From an uncultured Haloferula sp. (lineage in GTDB: Bacteria > Verrucomicrobiota > Verrucomicrobiia > Verrucomicrobiales > Akkermansiaceae), in assembly GCA_965652295.1 (NCBI GenBank), contig CBFGTS010000001.1:32001-96000 (forward strand): a DNA stretch of 64,000 nucleotides. The letters are read 5' to 3'. The first letter of the stretch is position 1. Each line of letters begins with the position of its first letter. The translations under genes were made by a program, and so were the position numbers. Shown in pieces: positions 29,680-41,506 of the stretch. Below the pieces are notes generated by a model. The model saw only the letters and a list, made by a program, of their open reading frames with translations, was not told where the DNA came from and did not search any database.

Positions 29680-31326
29680 ATGCTCACACTCCTGAAAATC
29701 CGCAACCTCGCCCTCGTCGATGAACTCGTGTGGGAACTCGGGCCCGGATTGGTGGGCGTCACCGGTGAGACCGGCGCGGGCAAGTCGGTCATCGTCGGCG
29801 CGCTGAAGCTGGTGCTCGGCGAGCGCGCGGACAAATCGCTGATCCGTTCCGGCGAGACCCAGTGCACGGTGGAGGCCGTTTTTGAACTGGAGAATCCGGC
29901 GGAGGTCGATGCCGTGCTGGAGGAAGGCGGACTGGAGCCCTGCGGGGGTGAGGCGCTGATCGTGCGGCGGGTGATCGGCCAGACCGGCAACCGCCAGTTC
30001 GTCAACGACTCGCCGGTCACGCTGAACCTGCTGAAACGCCTCGGCGAACACCTCGTGGACCTGCACGGTCCGCACGATCACCAGTCGCTGCTTTCCACCG
30101 AGCGCCAGCTGGCGATGCTGGATGCCTATGCGGACGCCGACCTCGACGGCTTCCGCGACCTGTGGCGGTCGTGGCGGGAGAAGCTGAACGAATGGGAGGA
30201 GCTGCGCGAGGCCGAGAGCGCGGGCGAGACCGAGCTGGAGCTGTTGCGGCACCAGGTGGCGGAGATCGACGCGGCCGAGCTGAAGCCGGAAGAGGAGGAC
30301 GAGATCACCGACCGCTGCCGCCGGGCTGGAAACGCCACGCGCCTGGTCGAGCTGGCCGGGGCCGCGGCCGGGCTGCTCGGCGGCGAGGACGGCGGGATCG
30401 TGACGATGCTCGGCGAGGTCCAGCGGTTGGTGCGGGAGATCGAAAAGCTCGATCCGAGCGTGGCCGAGCGGACGCTGGGTCTGGAAGGTGCCGTGCTGGA
30501 ACTGCAGGAGCTGGAGCGGACGTTCAACGACTACGCCGAGGACCTCGACCTCGATCCGCGGGAGGCGACGGCGCTGGAGGACCGGGTGAATCTTTTCGAA
30601 ACGTTGAAGCGGAAGTACGGACCTACGTTGGACGCCGTACTTGCGCACCGCGACCGCTGCGCCGGCCGGCTCGATGCGGTGGACAACCGCGGCGAACGGC
30701 TCGACGCGCTGGCGGCCGAGGTGGCGGCGCTGCGCGAAAAGGTGGACAAGGAGGGCCGGGCGATCGGCCTGAAGCGCAAGAAGGCCGCGCCGAAGCTCGC
30801 CAAGGAGATCGCCGGCCAGTTGCGCGACCTGGGTTTCAAGCAGTCGTCCTTCGAGATCCAATTGGCGGTCCACCGCGAGCCGACGGCGGCGGGTTTCGAA
30901 TCGGTCGAGTTCCTCTTCGGCCCGAACCCGGGCGAGCCTCTGCAGCCGATGCGGCAGATCGCCTCCAGCGGCGAGGTGAGCCGCGTGATGCTGGCGGTGA
31001 AGAGCGCGCTGGCGGATCAGGATGCGACGCCGTTGATGGTCTTCGACGAGATCGACGCCAACGTCGGCGGCGAGATCGCGAGGGCGGTCGGGAAGAAAAT
31101 GGCGACGCTGGGCGAGCGGCATCAGGTGGTGGCGATCACGCATTTTCCGCAGGTCGCGGCCACCGCGGCGCGGCACTACGTGGTGCTCAAGGAAGTCACC
31201 GGCGGTCGTACGCGTTCGACGCTTTTCCCGGTGACCGGAGAGGAGCGGATCGACGAACTCGTCCGCATGCTCGGCGGCGGCGGCAAATCAGCGCGCGAGA
31301 TGGCGGTGAGTTTGTTGGAGGGGTGA
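29680..31326 (+). CDS. recN: DNA repair protein RecN
   Basis: TGETGAGKS Walker A; ASSGEVSRVMLA signature; VFDEIDANVGG; ITHFPQVAA. Confidence 0.97.
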   Translation: MLTLLKIRNLALVDELVWELGPGLVGVTGETGAGKSVIVGALKLVLGERADKSLIRSGETQCTVEAVFELENPAEVDAVLEEGGLEPCGGEALIVRRVIGQTGNRQFVNDSPVTLNLLKRLGEHLVDLHGPHDHQSLLSTERQLAMLDAYADADLDGFRDLWRSWREKLNEWEELREAESAGETELELLRHQVAEIDAAELKPEEEDEITDRCRRAGNATRLVELAGAAAGLLGGEDGGIVTMLGEVQRLVREIEKLDPSVAERTLGLEGAVLELQELERTFNDYAEDLDLDPREATALEDRVNLFETLKRKYGPTLDAVLAHRDRCAGRLDAVDNRGERLDALAAEVAALREKVDKEGRAIGLKRKKAAPKLAKEIAGQLRDLGFKQSSFEIQLAVHREPTAAGFESVEFLFGPNPGEPLQPMRQIASSGEVSRVMLAVKSALADQDATPLMVFDEIDANVGGEIARAVGKKMATLGERHQVVAITHFPQVAATAARHYVVLKEVTGGRTRSTLFPVTGEERIDELVRMLGGGGKSAREMAVSLLEG

Positions 31327-31418
31327 TCCTTCGAGCCTCCGTTTCCACGGTAACCCGTTTTGCCGGGGTGCCCGGGTAATAGGTGGAAGGAGCGGCGCGT
31401 AGATTCCCGCCTACGATC

Positions 31419-32875
31419 ATGCATGTCGCCGCTCGTTTCTTCTGCGCTTTGGTGGGTCTCGTCCCGCTCTCTGTTTCCGCCGGCCAACTTGCCGTCCATC
31501 CCGCTCCGAAAGGTGCGGAGCTGAACGACGATTTCGACGTTCGTGTCCGCGTGCCGGGGGGCGAGTGGAAAGAACTGTCGGAGTATCTGGTCCGGGTCTG
31601 TTGCCAACAAGGCGCGCCGGGAAGGACCAGGGAAGCTTCGATGGCTTTCTTTGACTTCGAGGGTGAAGTGGAGGTTTCCGTGAAACACCGCGGAGGGCCG
31701 GTCGGGGCCGCGCGCGTCCGTCCGCTGTCGCTGGGGATCGAATCCGCCATCGAGGGCGATCAGGTCATCTTCAAGCTGGACCAACCCTGTGACCTCTCGG
31801 TCGAGATCAACGGAGACATTTTCGGGAACCTCCACCTGTTCGGCCGCTCGATGCCGGAGCCTGCGCCCGATCCTTCTCGGGACGGCGTCATCTATTTCGG
31901 TCCCGGCGTGCATGAACTTGAGGGCGGCAGACTGGACGTGCCGTCGGGCGCTCACGTTTACCTCGACGGAGGGGCCTTGGTGCGCGGGGTGCTCAACGTG
32001 GAAGGCGCGGAGGATGTGGTGATCTCCGGTCGCGGGGTGCTGGAGCAGGACAACCGGGAGGAGCCCAGCCATGTCCGCATTTTCAAATCGAGGAACGTCC
32101 GGGTGGACGGCATCTTTTCCGGCAAGGTGCTCACGGCGAACTCGAGCGATGTAAACATCCACGATGTGAAATCGATCACCTACGACTCATGGGGCGATGG
32201 GATGAACGTCTTCGGCAGCCAACGGGTGGTGATCGATCACGTGTTCAACCGCAACTCGGACGACTGTTTCACGGTGTACGGCAGCCGGGGGAATATCGGG
32301 GCGGCGCGTCCGGCATCACGCTGAAGAACTCCGTGCTCTGGGCGGATGTTGCGCACCCGATCCTGATCGGCACCCACGGCAATGCCGAGGGGCAGGATGT
32401 GCTGGAGGACATCACGATTTCCAACATCGACATCCTCGATCACATGGAGCGTCAGCTGGACTACCAAGGCTGCATGGCCATCAATGCCGGCGACAACAAT
32501 CTGGTGCGCCGCGTGAAATTCGAGGACATCCGGGTGGAGGACTTCCGGCAGGGGCAGTTGGTGAACCTGCGGGTCTTCTACAACCGGAAGTACTGCGCCG
32601 CGCCGGGTGGCGGGATCGAGAATGTCGTGTTCGACAACATCCGCTACCGCGGCACGGGTGAGAACATCTCGATCATCGCCGGGTACGATGAGAGCCGTAG
32701 CATCCGGGACGTGGTTTTCAGGGGCCTTGTCGTCAACGGTGTGGCCATCTCCGACGGGATGAAAGGCAAGCCCGGGTACTTCAAAACCAGCGACATGGCG
32801 GGGATGTTCGTTGGCGAGCACGTCCATGACATCCGCTTCGAGGCTTCGGAGAAGGTCGAGCCGGTGTTGCGGTGA
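31419..32875 (+). pseudogene. GH28-like/beta-helix glycoside hydrolase split by a frameshift at 32287-32291
   Basis: Frame 1 gives IYFGPGVH..WGDG..NRNSDDCFTVYGSRG; frame 2 continues EYRGGASGITLKNSVLWADVAHPILIGTHG; one added G in the G5 run joins them. Confidence 0.8.
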
Positions 32876-32905
32876 AACGGCCGGGGCTGTTGCTTGGCGA
32901 GGCCA

Positions 32906-34312
32906 TCAGTTTCCAGCGCCGCCCGCGAGTTCGGGGCCTTTGTCGGCGGGCATCGAGCGGTGCCAATCGACCACGAGGCGGGTGAGACGATCCACGACGG
33001 CCTTCCGATCTCCGGCGAGGTTTTGGGTTTCCCCGGGATCGGTGGGGAGATGATAGAGGGTCGGCCGCGAGCCGTCGTAGTCGCAGAGGAGCTTCCATTC
33101 TCCGTCGCGCACCGCGAGATCGGGCAACGGCCCGGAGTTGCCGATGACCTTGCGGTCCGGCGGGCGACGCCAGAACACGGGCTGTTGGCGCCCTGAGTCG
33201 GACTTGCCGAGGAGGGTGGCGGAAACGTCCTGGCCATCGAGTTCCGCGGTGGACTCGGCGCCAGCGAGCTTGAGGAGGGAGGGAGCGAGGTCGAAGGCGG
33301 CGAAGATGGAGGCATCGTTCGCGCTGCCGGCCTTCGACGGCTCCATCCAGCCGGGTGCCCAGGCAATGAGCGGAGAGCGGATGCCGCCTTCATAGAGCGT
33401 GCCCTTCGCCCCGCGGAAGGGGCCTGCGGAACCGGCACCGGGTTCAGGGCCGTTGTCCGAACAGACGAGGACGATGGTGTTTTCCCGCAGCTCAGGGTTT
33501 CCGCGGATGTGGTCGAAGAGACGACCGAACTGCGTGTCCATCTCCTGCAGGACGGCATGGTAGAGGCCGCGCTTGCTGCCCGACCAGTTCTTCAGCGAAG
33601 GGAAGAACGGCGAGTGGACGTCGTCGGGCCAGAGGTTCACGTAGAAGGGTTTTCCCTCTTTCGCCGCGCGGTCGATGAACGAGATGGCGGGGTCGATGAA
33701 GCCGGTCGTGATCTCGCTGCGCAGCATCCACGTGAACGGGAGACCGAGGCGTTCGGCATCGGCCCAGATCTTGAAAGGCTTCTTCTTCTGCGGGGTGCGG
33801 ACCAGGGGCAGCAGCTTCGCGCCCATGCCTTCGAAATTGGTGAGGCTCTCGTCATATCCGTAGGCGGAGATGGGCGGAGCTTCATCGACATCGCGCTGTC
33901 CGCCCAGATGCCATTTCCCGAAATGCCCGCAGGTGTAGCCGGACCGCTTGAGGGATCGCGCGAGGGTGGGTGCGGCGGGGTCGAGCCACTGGGCCATGCC
34001 GCGGCGCTTGTTGTCCCGGCGGTCGCTGAGATACGACGTGATGCGCCAGCGCTGCGGATACTGGCCGGTGGTGAGGGCGCAACGCGAGGGCGAGCAGATC
34101 GACGAGTTCACGTAGAAGCTCTTGAAACGGATGCCCTCGGAGGCGAGGCGATCGACGTTCGGCGTCTCGACTTCCTCGTTTCCGAAACATGAGAAATCCC
34201 CCCAGCCCATGTCGTCGATGAAGACGATGACGAAATTCGGTCGGCGGCTTTCGGCATGCGCGGGCGGCACCACGAGGCATGCCGCCACCAGAATGAGGAG
34301 CAGGGTTTTCAT
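32906..34312 (-). CDS. Sulfatase (S1, Cys-type)
   Basis: RPNFVIVFIDDMGWGD; CSPSRCALTTG; GKWHLG; SDNGP; KGTLYEGGIRSP. Confidence 0.95.
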   Translation of the reverse strand: MKTLLLILVAACLVVPPAHAESRRPNFVIVFIDDMGWGDFSCFGNEEVETPNVDRLASEGIRFKSFYVNSSICSPSRCALTTGQYPQRWRITSYLSDRRDNKRRGMAQWLDPAAPTLARSLKRSGYTCGHFGKWHLGGQRDVDEAPPISAYGYDESLTNFEGMGAKLLPLVRTPQKKKPFKIWADAERLGLPFTWMLRSEITTGFIDPAISFIDRAAKEGKPFYVNLWPDDVHSPFFPSLKNWSGSKRGLYHAVLQEMDTQFGRLFDHIRGNPELRENTIVLVCSDNGPEPGAGSAGPFRGAKGTLYEGGIRSPLIAWAPGWMEPSKAGSANDASIFAAFDLAPSLLKLAGAESTAELDGQDVSATLLGKSDSGRQQPVFWRRPPDRKVIGNSGPLPDLAVRDGEWKLLCDYDGSRPTLYHLPTDPGETQNLAGDRKAVVDRLTRLVVDWHRSMPADKGPELAGGAGN

Positions 34313-34450
34313 GAAAACAAGGGAACGGCCAGCGAGGCGCGGGTCTTCCAGTGTGATTCCCTCCGGGCCCGATCCGTTCGGGGAAATGCCACGGTATTCG
34401 CGGAATAGTTCCTTGACCCGGGGCTCACACTTCACGTGATTGGGGGCATC

Positions 34451-34852
34451 ATGCGACGGCTCATCGCCAGCCTGCTTCTCCTCGCCATGGGACTTGCCGT
34501 CCCGGCGATGGCGGTACCCTCGCGCATTTGTTTCACCTCGCTCTGCGAAAAGCCGTCGGCCAGCTGCTGCGGTGGGAGTTGCATCGATTGCTGCCAGGAC
34601 GATTCTTCCGGGGAAAACGGCACGTCGTCGGGGCCGAGCTGTTGCATGGATGCACCCACGCTCCCGGATGCCACGCCGCCCACCACCGCGCCGGTGCTTC
34701 CAGAGCTGGACATCATCGATCTCGGCTGGATCACCGCGGTGCCGCCGCTCCGCCTTGAGCTGGAGGACACGCCGGTGAAATCCAAGGCGCGCATCCGTGG
34801 GCCCACGCATTCCCCGACGTTCCGGCCGCTGCTGGCCATCTGGAGACTTTGA
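34451..34852 (+). CDS. Small Cys-rich exported protein (DUF2946-like) heading the exporter operon
   Basis: Hydrophobic N-terminus, CC clusters (SCCGGSCIDCC, SCC), Pro-rich spacer, C-terminal RIRGPT..LLAIWRL. Confidence 0.6.
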   Translation: MRRLIASLLLLAMGLAVPAMAVPSRICFTSLCEKPSASCCGGSCIDCCQDDSSGENGTSSGPSCCMDAPTLPDATPPTTAPVLPELDIIDLGWITAVPPLRLELEDTPVKSKARIRGPTHSPTFRPLLAIWRL

Positions 34853-34956
34853 GGCAGGGCACTCCGCCCTCGCACCGTCGTGTCGTCGCGTGACGACCGA
34901 CCTCTTCCATCCCGCCTTTCCCGGGTGGTCCGTCTCCCGATTTCCAGCATGCCCGC

Positions 34957-36312
34957 ATGAACGATTCCACTAGATCCACCGTAGCTCACGGCCGTCGCCG
35001 TCCGCCCGCCTGGACGATCCCCGCCGCCATCGCGCTCGGCTTCGCCCTGCTTTTCCTCGCTCTTTTCCGCGACCGCATCCTGCCCGCGCCGCAGGTCCAG
35101 ATCGCCCCGGTGCTCGCCACCATCGGTGAAACGACCACCACCTCCACACCCGCCGCGGACGCCGCCATGGCCTTCCAGGCCAGCGGCTGGGTCGAGCCCG
35201 ACCCGCTGCCGATCAAGGCCACCGCGCTGGTCGATGGCGTGATCGATGACGTCCATATCCTCGAAGGCGAGGCGGTGAAACAAGGACAGCCCCTCGCCAC
35301 CCTGATTCAGGACGACACGCAGCTCGCCCTTGAAGCCGCCCAGGCCTCCCTGACCACGGCCGAGGCCGAACTTCGATCGCAGCGCGAAACGCAGGCGGCC
35401 ATGGAACGGAAGCTCGCCGCCGCGAAAGCCGGTGCCGGTGCCGCGTCCAGCGTCGTCGCAGAGACCGGCGACCGCGCGCGGCGCATCGAAGGACTCAGCA
35501 CCGGAGCCCTGGCGGAGGCCGATCTCGTGGGCATCCGCAGCGCGCATGCGAAAGCGCAGGCCGAAGAAGCCGCGGCCCTTGCCTCCGTCGAAGAAGCCGC
35601 CGCCAACCTCAAAGCCTACGAAGCCCGCATCGAGGTTCTTGAAACCGAGGTCGTTGCCGCCCGGATCGCACTCCGCCAAGCCGAACTCGCCCATTCGCGG
35701 ACCCGCATCGTTTCCCCAGTCGATGGTCGCGTGCTCCGCCTCCTCGCCGCGCCGGGACAGAAGAAGATGCTCGGCATGGACGATCCCGACAGCGCCACCG
35801 TCGCGATTCTCTACCAGCCCGGTCGCCTGCAAGTCCGCGTCGATGTCCCGCTCGCCGACGCCGCCGGCCTCCAGATCGGCCAGCGGGCGCGCATCCTCTG
35901 CAACCTGCTGCCCGACCAGGTTTTCCACGGCGAAGTCACCCGCATCACCGGCGAGGCCGACCTCCAGCGCAACACGCTCCAGGCCAAGGTCCGCATCGAT
36001 GACCCCAGCGACCAGCTCCGTCCCGAAATGCTCTGCCGCGTCGAGTTCCTCCAGGCGTCCCGTGACGGGGCGGGGGAAACCACGACGTCCACCGTACTCG
36101 TGACCTGGATCCCGGAGGACGCGCTGCAGGGGGATCACGTCTGGGTCTGCGATCCTGATACCAACCGCGTTTCCCGCCGATCCGTCACCCCCGGGAACGA
36201 AACCAAGGACGGCCACGTCCGCATCGACGACGGCCTCCGGCCGGGCGAACGCGTCGTCGTGTCGCCCGAAAACCTTCACGAGAACCAACGCGTTCAACCC
36301 ACCCAGCCATGA
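34957..36312 (+). CDS. Efflux periplasmic adaptor subunit (membrane fusion protein)
   Basis: FQASGWVEP; V.EG..V.GQPLA; coiled-coil hairpin; IVSPVDG; LRPEM. Confidence 0.9.
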   Translation: MNDSTRSTVAHGRRRPPAWTIPAAIALGFALLFLALFRDRILPAPQVQIAPVLATIGETTTTSTPAADAAMAFQASGWVEPDPLPIKATALVDGVIDDVHILEGEAVKQGQPLATLIQDDTQLALEAAQASLTTAEAELRSQRETQAAMERKLAAAKAGAGAASSVVAETGDRARRIEGLSTGALAEADLVGIRSAHAKAQAEEAAALASVEEAAANLKAYEARIEVLETEVVAARIALRQAELAHSRTRIVSPVDGRVLRLLAAPGQKKMLGMDDPDSATVAILYQPGRLQVRVDVPLADAAGLQIGQRARILCNLLPDQVFHGEVTRITGEADLQRNTLQAKVRIDDPSDQLRPEMLCRVEFLQASRDGAGETTTSTVLVTWIPEDALQGDHVWVCDPDTNRVSRRSVTPGNETKDGHVRIDDGLRPGERVVVSPENLHENQRVQPTQP

Positions 36313-36988
36313 CCGACCTGATGATCCAATGCCGCGGCGTTTCGAAAAACTACCGCAAGGGGGCGACTGTCGTGACCCCGCTCGAAGCCCTCGATCTCGA
36401 CGTGCCCAAGGGCGAGTTCCTCGCGTTGATGGGACCATCCGGTTCGGGAAAAACCACGCTGCTCAACCTGCTGTCGGGCATCGACTCGCCCAGCGCCGGC
36501 TCGCTCGTCATCGCCGGTGCCGAGATCGCCAAGCTCAACCGCCGGGCGCTCACCGCTTGGCGTGCGCGCAACGTCGGCTACATCTTCCAGCTCTATCACC
36601 TCGTGCCGGTGCTCACTGCGTTCGAGAACGTCGAGCTGCCTCTGCTGCTCGCCGATCTGTCGAAGAAGGAACGCCATGCCCGCGTCGCCCACGCGCTGGA
36701 GCTGGTCAGCCTTTCCGACCGCGCCCACCACACGCCCACCGAACTTTCCGGTGGCCAGGAGCAACGCGTCGCCATCGCCCGCGCGATCGTCGCCGATCCG
36801 CCCCTGCTGGTGGCCGATGAACCGACCGGCGACCTCGATCGCGAGTCCGCCACCCGCATCCTCGAGCTGCTCCGCGGCCTCGCCCGCGACCACGGCAAGA
36901 CCATCGTCATGGTTACCCACGACGCCAAGGCCGCCGCCGCCGCCGACCGCACGCTTCATCTCGAAAAAGGCCAACTTCTCGAAAACGC

Positions 36989-37004
<16 letters not shown>
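36309..37004 (+). CDS. ABC transporter ATP-binding protein (LolD/MacB-like)
   Basis: [36 protein letters not shown]. Confidence 0.96.
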
Positions 37005-38137
<1,133 letters not shown>

Positions 38138-38138
38138 C

Positions 38139-39287
38139 ATGCTTCCCTTCAGCTACGCCGCGCGGAACCTGTTCCGCTCGAAATCCCGCCTGCTCCAGAC
38201 CATCGGCGGCAGCGCGCTCGTCGTGCTTCTCGTGATGGCCGCGGTGGCCATCAACCAAGGCATGAACCGCGTGCTCTCCGCCTCCGGTTCGCCGCGGAAT
38301 GTCATCCTGCTCGGCACCGGGTCCGAGGAAAGCGTGCAGCGCAGCGAGGTCCCGGAAAAGGCCGCCGGTATCGCCGCCGCCAGCATCGCGGGCGTCAGCG
38401 AAACCCTCGGTGTGCGCGCCGTCTCGCCGGAGATCCACTACATGAACTACCTCATGCTCGACGATGGCGACAAACGCCAGGCGCTCATGCGTGGCGTCAC
38501 GCCGGAGGCACTGCGCGTCCACCCCGAGGTGCGCCTCACGGAAGGCACCTTTCCGCAGGCGGGGCAGGTCATGGTCGGCCGTCTCGCCTGGCGGACCCTC
38601 GGGCTTCCCAAGGACGCGCTGAGCCTCGGCTCCACGCTCACGCTCGGCGACCAACGTTTCAGCATCTCCGGGCTCTTCGCCGCGCCCGGGACCGTGCTGG
38701 AGTCGGAAATCTGGGCAACGCTCGGCGATGTCCGCGTTCTGGCGCAACGCGACAACGTTTCGTGCGTCGTCCTCCGTCTCGATGATCCCGCCGATTTCGC
38801 CGAGGCCGATCTTTTCGCCAAACAGCGGCTCGACCTCGAACTCACCGCCCTGCGCGAAAGTGATTACTACGGCAGGCTTAGTAGCTTCTTCGGGCCTCTG
38901 CGCGGCATGATCTGGATCACCGCCGGCCTCATTGCCGCCGGTGCGCTTTTTGGTGGCATCAATACGCTCTACGCCGCCTTCGCCTCCCGCGTTCGCGAAA
39001 TGGGCACGCTGCAGGCGATCGGTTTCGGCCGCGCCACGTTGCTGTGGAGCCTCGTCCAGGAAAGCACCCTCGCCTGTCTCACCGGCGCGCTCGCGGCCTC
39101 CGCCGTCGCCATGTTTCTCCTCGATGGCCGGACCGTCCCGTTCTCCATCGGTGCGTTCACCGTCAAGATCGGCCCCGGCGTCGCCCTCACCGGCATCGCC
39201 ACCGGCCTGTTTCTCGGTCTCCTCGGCGCGCTTCCGCCCGCCATCCGCTGCCTCAAACCCTCCCTGCCCACCGCTCTCCGATCCTGA
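38139..39287 (+). CDS. ABC transporter permease (MacB/FtsX family)
   Basis: Start MLPFSYAARNL; RVREMGTLQAIGF; LGALPPAIR. Confidence 0.92.
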   Translation: MLPFSYAARNLFRSKSRLLQTIGGSALVVLLVMAAVAINQGMNRVLSASGSPRNVILLGTGSEESVQRSEVPEKAAGIAAASIAGVSETLGVRAVSPEIHYMNYLMLDDGDKRQALMRGVTPEALRVHPEVRLTEGTFPQAGQVMVGRLAWRTLGLPKDALSLGSTLTLGDQRFSISGLFAAPGTVLESEIWATLGDVRVLAQRDNVSCVVLRLDDPADFAEADLFAKQRLDLELTALRESDYYGRLSSFFGPLRGMIWITAGLIAAGALFGGINTLYAAFASRVREMGTLQAIGFGRATLLWSLVQESTLACLTGALAASAVAMFLLDGRTVPFSIGAFTVKIGPGVALTGIATGLFLGLLGALPPAIRCLKPSLPTALRS

Positions 39288-39301
39288 AATCAACAGCACC
39301 C

Positions 39302-39389
39302 GTGGCATGACCGTCCGGTCATGAACGCCGGCAATCCGAACCCGATAAAAACCTGCTCTTCCGGTCCATGACCGGGACGGTCATGCCAC
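39302..39389. repeat. Inverted pair of GTGG-type REP-like palindromes (family D)
   Basis: GTGGCATGACCGTCCGGTCATG (39302-39323) and CATGACCGGGACGGTCATGCCAC (39367-39389). Confidence 0.8.
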
Positions 39390-39416
39390 AAGGCCCACTC
39401 CAATCATCACCGAATC

Positions 39417-39950
39417 ATGAAACCAAAACACACCTGCATCCTGTTCGCCGCCGCCCTTTTCACGGCCTGTGGCGAAAAATCATCCACCGCGGAAGCTCCG
39501 ACGGTGAACGACCCGAGCCCCGCGCTGAGTTCCGTGATCGACGCCGAGCCCGAGGGCGACGCCCAGCCGATCCACCTCGCCCGCGAGTCCGTCAAGCCCG
39601 GCGAAACGATCACCCTCAGCGGTCGGGTCATGGGCAATGTGACTCCCTTCGTCGAAGGCCGCGCCGCCTTCATCCTCGGCGATCCCGAGGTGCTCACCGC
39701 ATGCAGCGATCGCCCCGACGATGCATGCGAGACGCCGTGGGACACCTGCTGTGACACCGCCGCCGACAAGAAACGCGGCACCGCCACCATTCAGATCGTC
39801 GGCGACGATGGCCGCGTGCTCAAGGAAGGCATCGAAGGCGTGGGGGGCATCGAAAAACTCAGCACCCTCACCGTGACCGGAACCGTTGCCGAGGGCTCCA
39901 CGCCCGAGCTTCTGGTCGTCAACGCCTCTGCCATCGACGTCGTGAAATGA
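39417..39950 (+). CDS. Lipoprotein with Cys-rich loop
   Basis: Lipobox FTAC; ACSDRPDDACETPWDTCCD motif. Confidence 0.8.
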   Translation: MKPKHTCILFAAALFTACGEKSSTAEAPTVNDPSPALSSVIDAEPEGDAQPIHLARESVKPGETITLSGRVMGNVTPFVEGRAAFILGDPEVLTACSDRPDDACETPWDTCCDTAADKKRGTATIQIVGDDGRVLKEGIEGVGGIEKLSTLTVTGTVAEGSTPELLVVNASAIDVVK

Positions 39951-41272
39951 AACCCGCCCTCGCCTTCGCCACTCTCCTGCTGGGTGGTTGCGCCACGCCC
40001 GTTCCTCGCGGTCCCGCACCGCCGCCGGGATGGATTCACTCGCCTTCTAACAGTACCGCGCTTTCCGGCGAGTGGTGGCGTGGCTTCGGCGATCCCGCGC
40101 TCGATCGCCTCATCGGCGAGGCCTGGCAAAACAATCCCGACCTCCAGGTCGCGCTGCACCGCGTCGGGACCGCCCGTGCGGACCGCTTCGAGGCGATGGC
40201 GAACCTGTTTCCCCGCGCCGGCGTGGCCGTCGGCTTCCGCGAGGGGCGCGAGCAGGACCGCACCACCGGCATGCGCCCGGTCGACCTCGAACCCTGGATC
40301 GCAGAAGGTCTCATTTCGTGGGAACCCGATCTCACCGGCCGGCTTGGCGCGCGCCTCGCCGTGTCGAAATCCGCCGAGGCCGCTGCCTACGCCCGCTGGC
40401 AGGGTGCGCGGCTGCTCATCGCCACCGAGGTCGCCGCCGCCCGTTTCGAGGATCTACTGCTTTCCTCGGAGATCGACCGCCAGCAGGCCCAGCTCACCGA
40501 TGAAAGGCAGGCCGCGAAGTTCACCGCCGAGCTTCTCGACCGCGGACTCGTTTCCTCCGTCGATAACGCCGCCACCATCGCCCACGCCGAGTCGCTCCAG
40601 CGGGAGATCTCCGAGCTTGACCGCCTCCGTCAGAACGCCCGGCTGCGCCTCGCGCGCCTGCTCGGCGGCGGCAGGGTTTCGGACCCCGGAACCGACGTGA
40701 AGCTCCCGACCATTCCCGGTCGTGTCCCCGCCGCCGTGTGGCGATCGCGACCCGACCTCATCGCTGCCGAGGCCGAGGTGCGGCAGGCTTTCGCCCTCGG
40801 CGATGCTGCAAAGCTCGACCTCCTGCCGAGTCTCACCTTTGGTGCCGGCGCATCCTTTGGGAACAATTCGCTGACCGGCGACTACCAGATGTGGAAGACC
40901 TCCGTCGGCCCCAGCCTGGAGATTCCCATCTGGGATCCAGCCCGCGTGGCCGCCGTGAAACGCAGCCGTGCCCAAGCCCTCGCCGCCGCCGCGGAGTTCC
41001 GCTCCACCGCCGACAAAGCTGTCGAGGAGATCGAGAGCGCTTACGTCAACCTCACCCGCTACCGCAACCAGATGGCCTCGCTTGAGCGCGAGGCTGAAGC
41101 GCATCGCCGAGCCTGGCAGGACGCGAAGTCGAAGAGCGACAGTGGGCTCGAGTCCGCCATCAGCACCACCGATCTCGCCCGTCGCTACCGTGACACCGCC
41201 GCCATGGCCACCCGCATGAAGCTCCGCGCCCTCACCGCCCATCTCCGACTCATCCGAGCCTTGGGCGGCTAG
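39947..41272 (+). CDS. TolC/OprM family outer-membrane factor lipoprotein
   Basis: LLGGC lipobox; WW..FGDP.L..LI..A..NNPDL; SWEPDLTG; RPDLIAAEA. Confidence 0.9.
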   Translation: MKPALAFATLLLGGCATPVPRGPAPPPGWIHSPSNSTALSGEWWRGFGDPALDRLIGEAWQNNPDLQVALHRVGTARADRFEAMANLFPRAGVAVGFREGREQDRTTGMRPVDLEPWIAEGLISWEPDLTGRLGARLAVSKSAEAAAYARWQGARLLIATEVAAARFEDLLLSSEIDRQQAQLTDERQAAKFTAELLDRGLVSSVDNAATIAHAESLQREISELDRLRQNARLRLARLLGGGRVSDPGTDVKLPTIPGRVPAAVWRSRPDLIAAEAEVRQAFALGDAAKLDLLPSLTFGAGASFGNNSLTGDYQMWKTSVGPSLEIPIWDPARVAAVKRSRAQALAAAAEFRSTADKAVEEIESAYVNLTRYRNQMASLEREAEAHRRAWQDAKSKSDSGLESAISTTDLARRYRDTAAMATRMKLRALTAHLRLIRALGG

Positions 41273-41298
41273 GAGGTGGGACGCCCTCGTCCCACAAC
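41272..41298 (+). repeat. GGAG-type REP-like palindrome (family B), third copy
   Basis: GGAG-GTGGG-ACG-CCCT-CGT-CCCAC-AAC overlapping the TAG stop of the OMF gene. Confidence 0.75.
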
Positions 41299-41506
41299 CC
41301 TCGTTGCACTTTCACCGGGCCGGTCGTTTTATCCTCTCGTCCGCTGGTCCCACAGCCATCGGCACCCGCGACTGCTCTCGGAATCTTCTGCCTTGGGAAA
41401 CTCTGCATCGGCTACCTCCGGCGTTCCGCATCCGTGCCCCCTCCTTTTTGACACAAGAAAGATCCTCGTGGAGAAACGCGTTGGTTGATATCCGGACCGG
41501 ACACCC

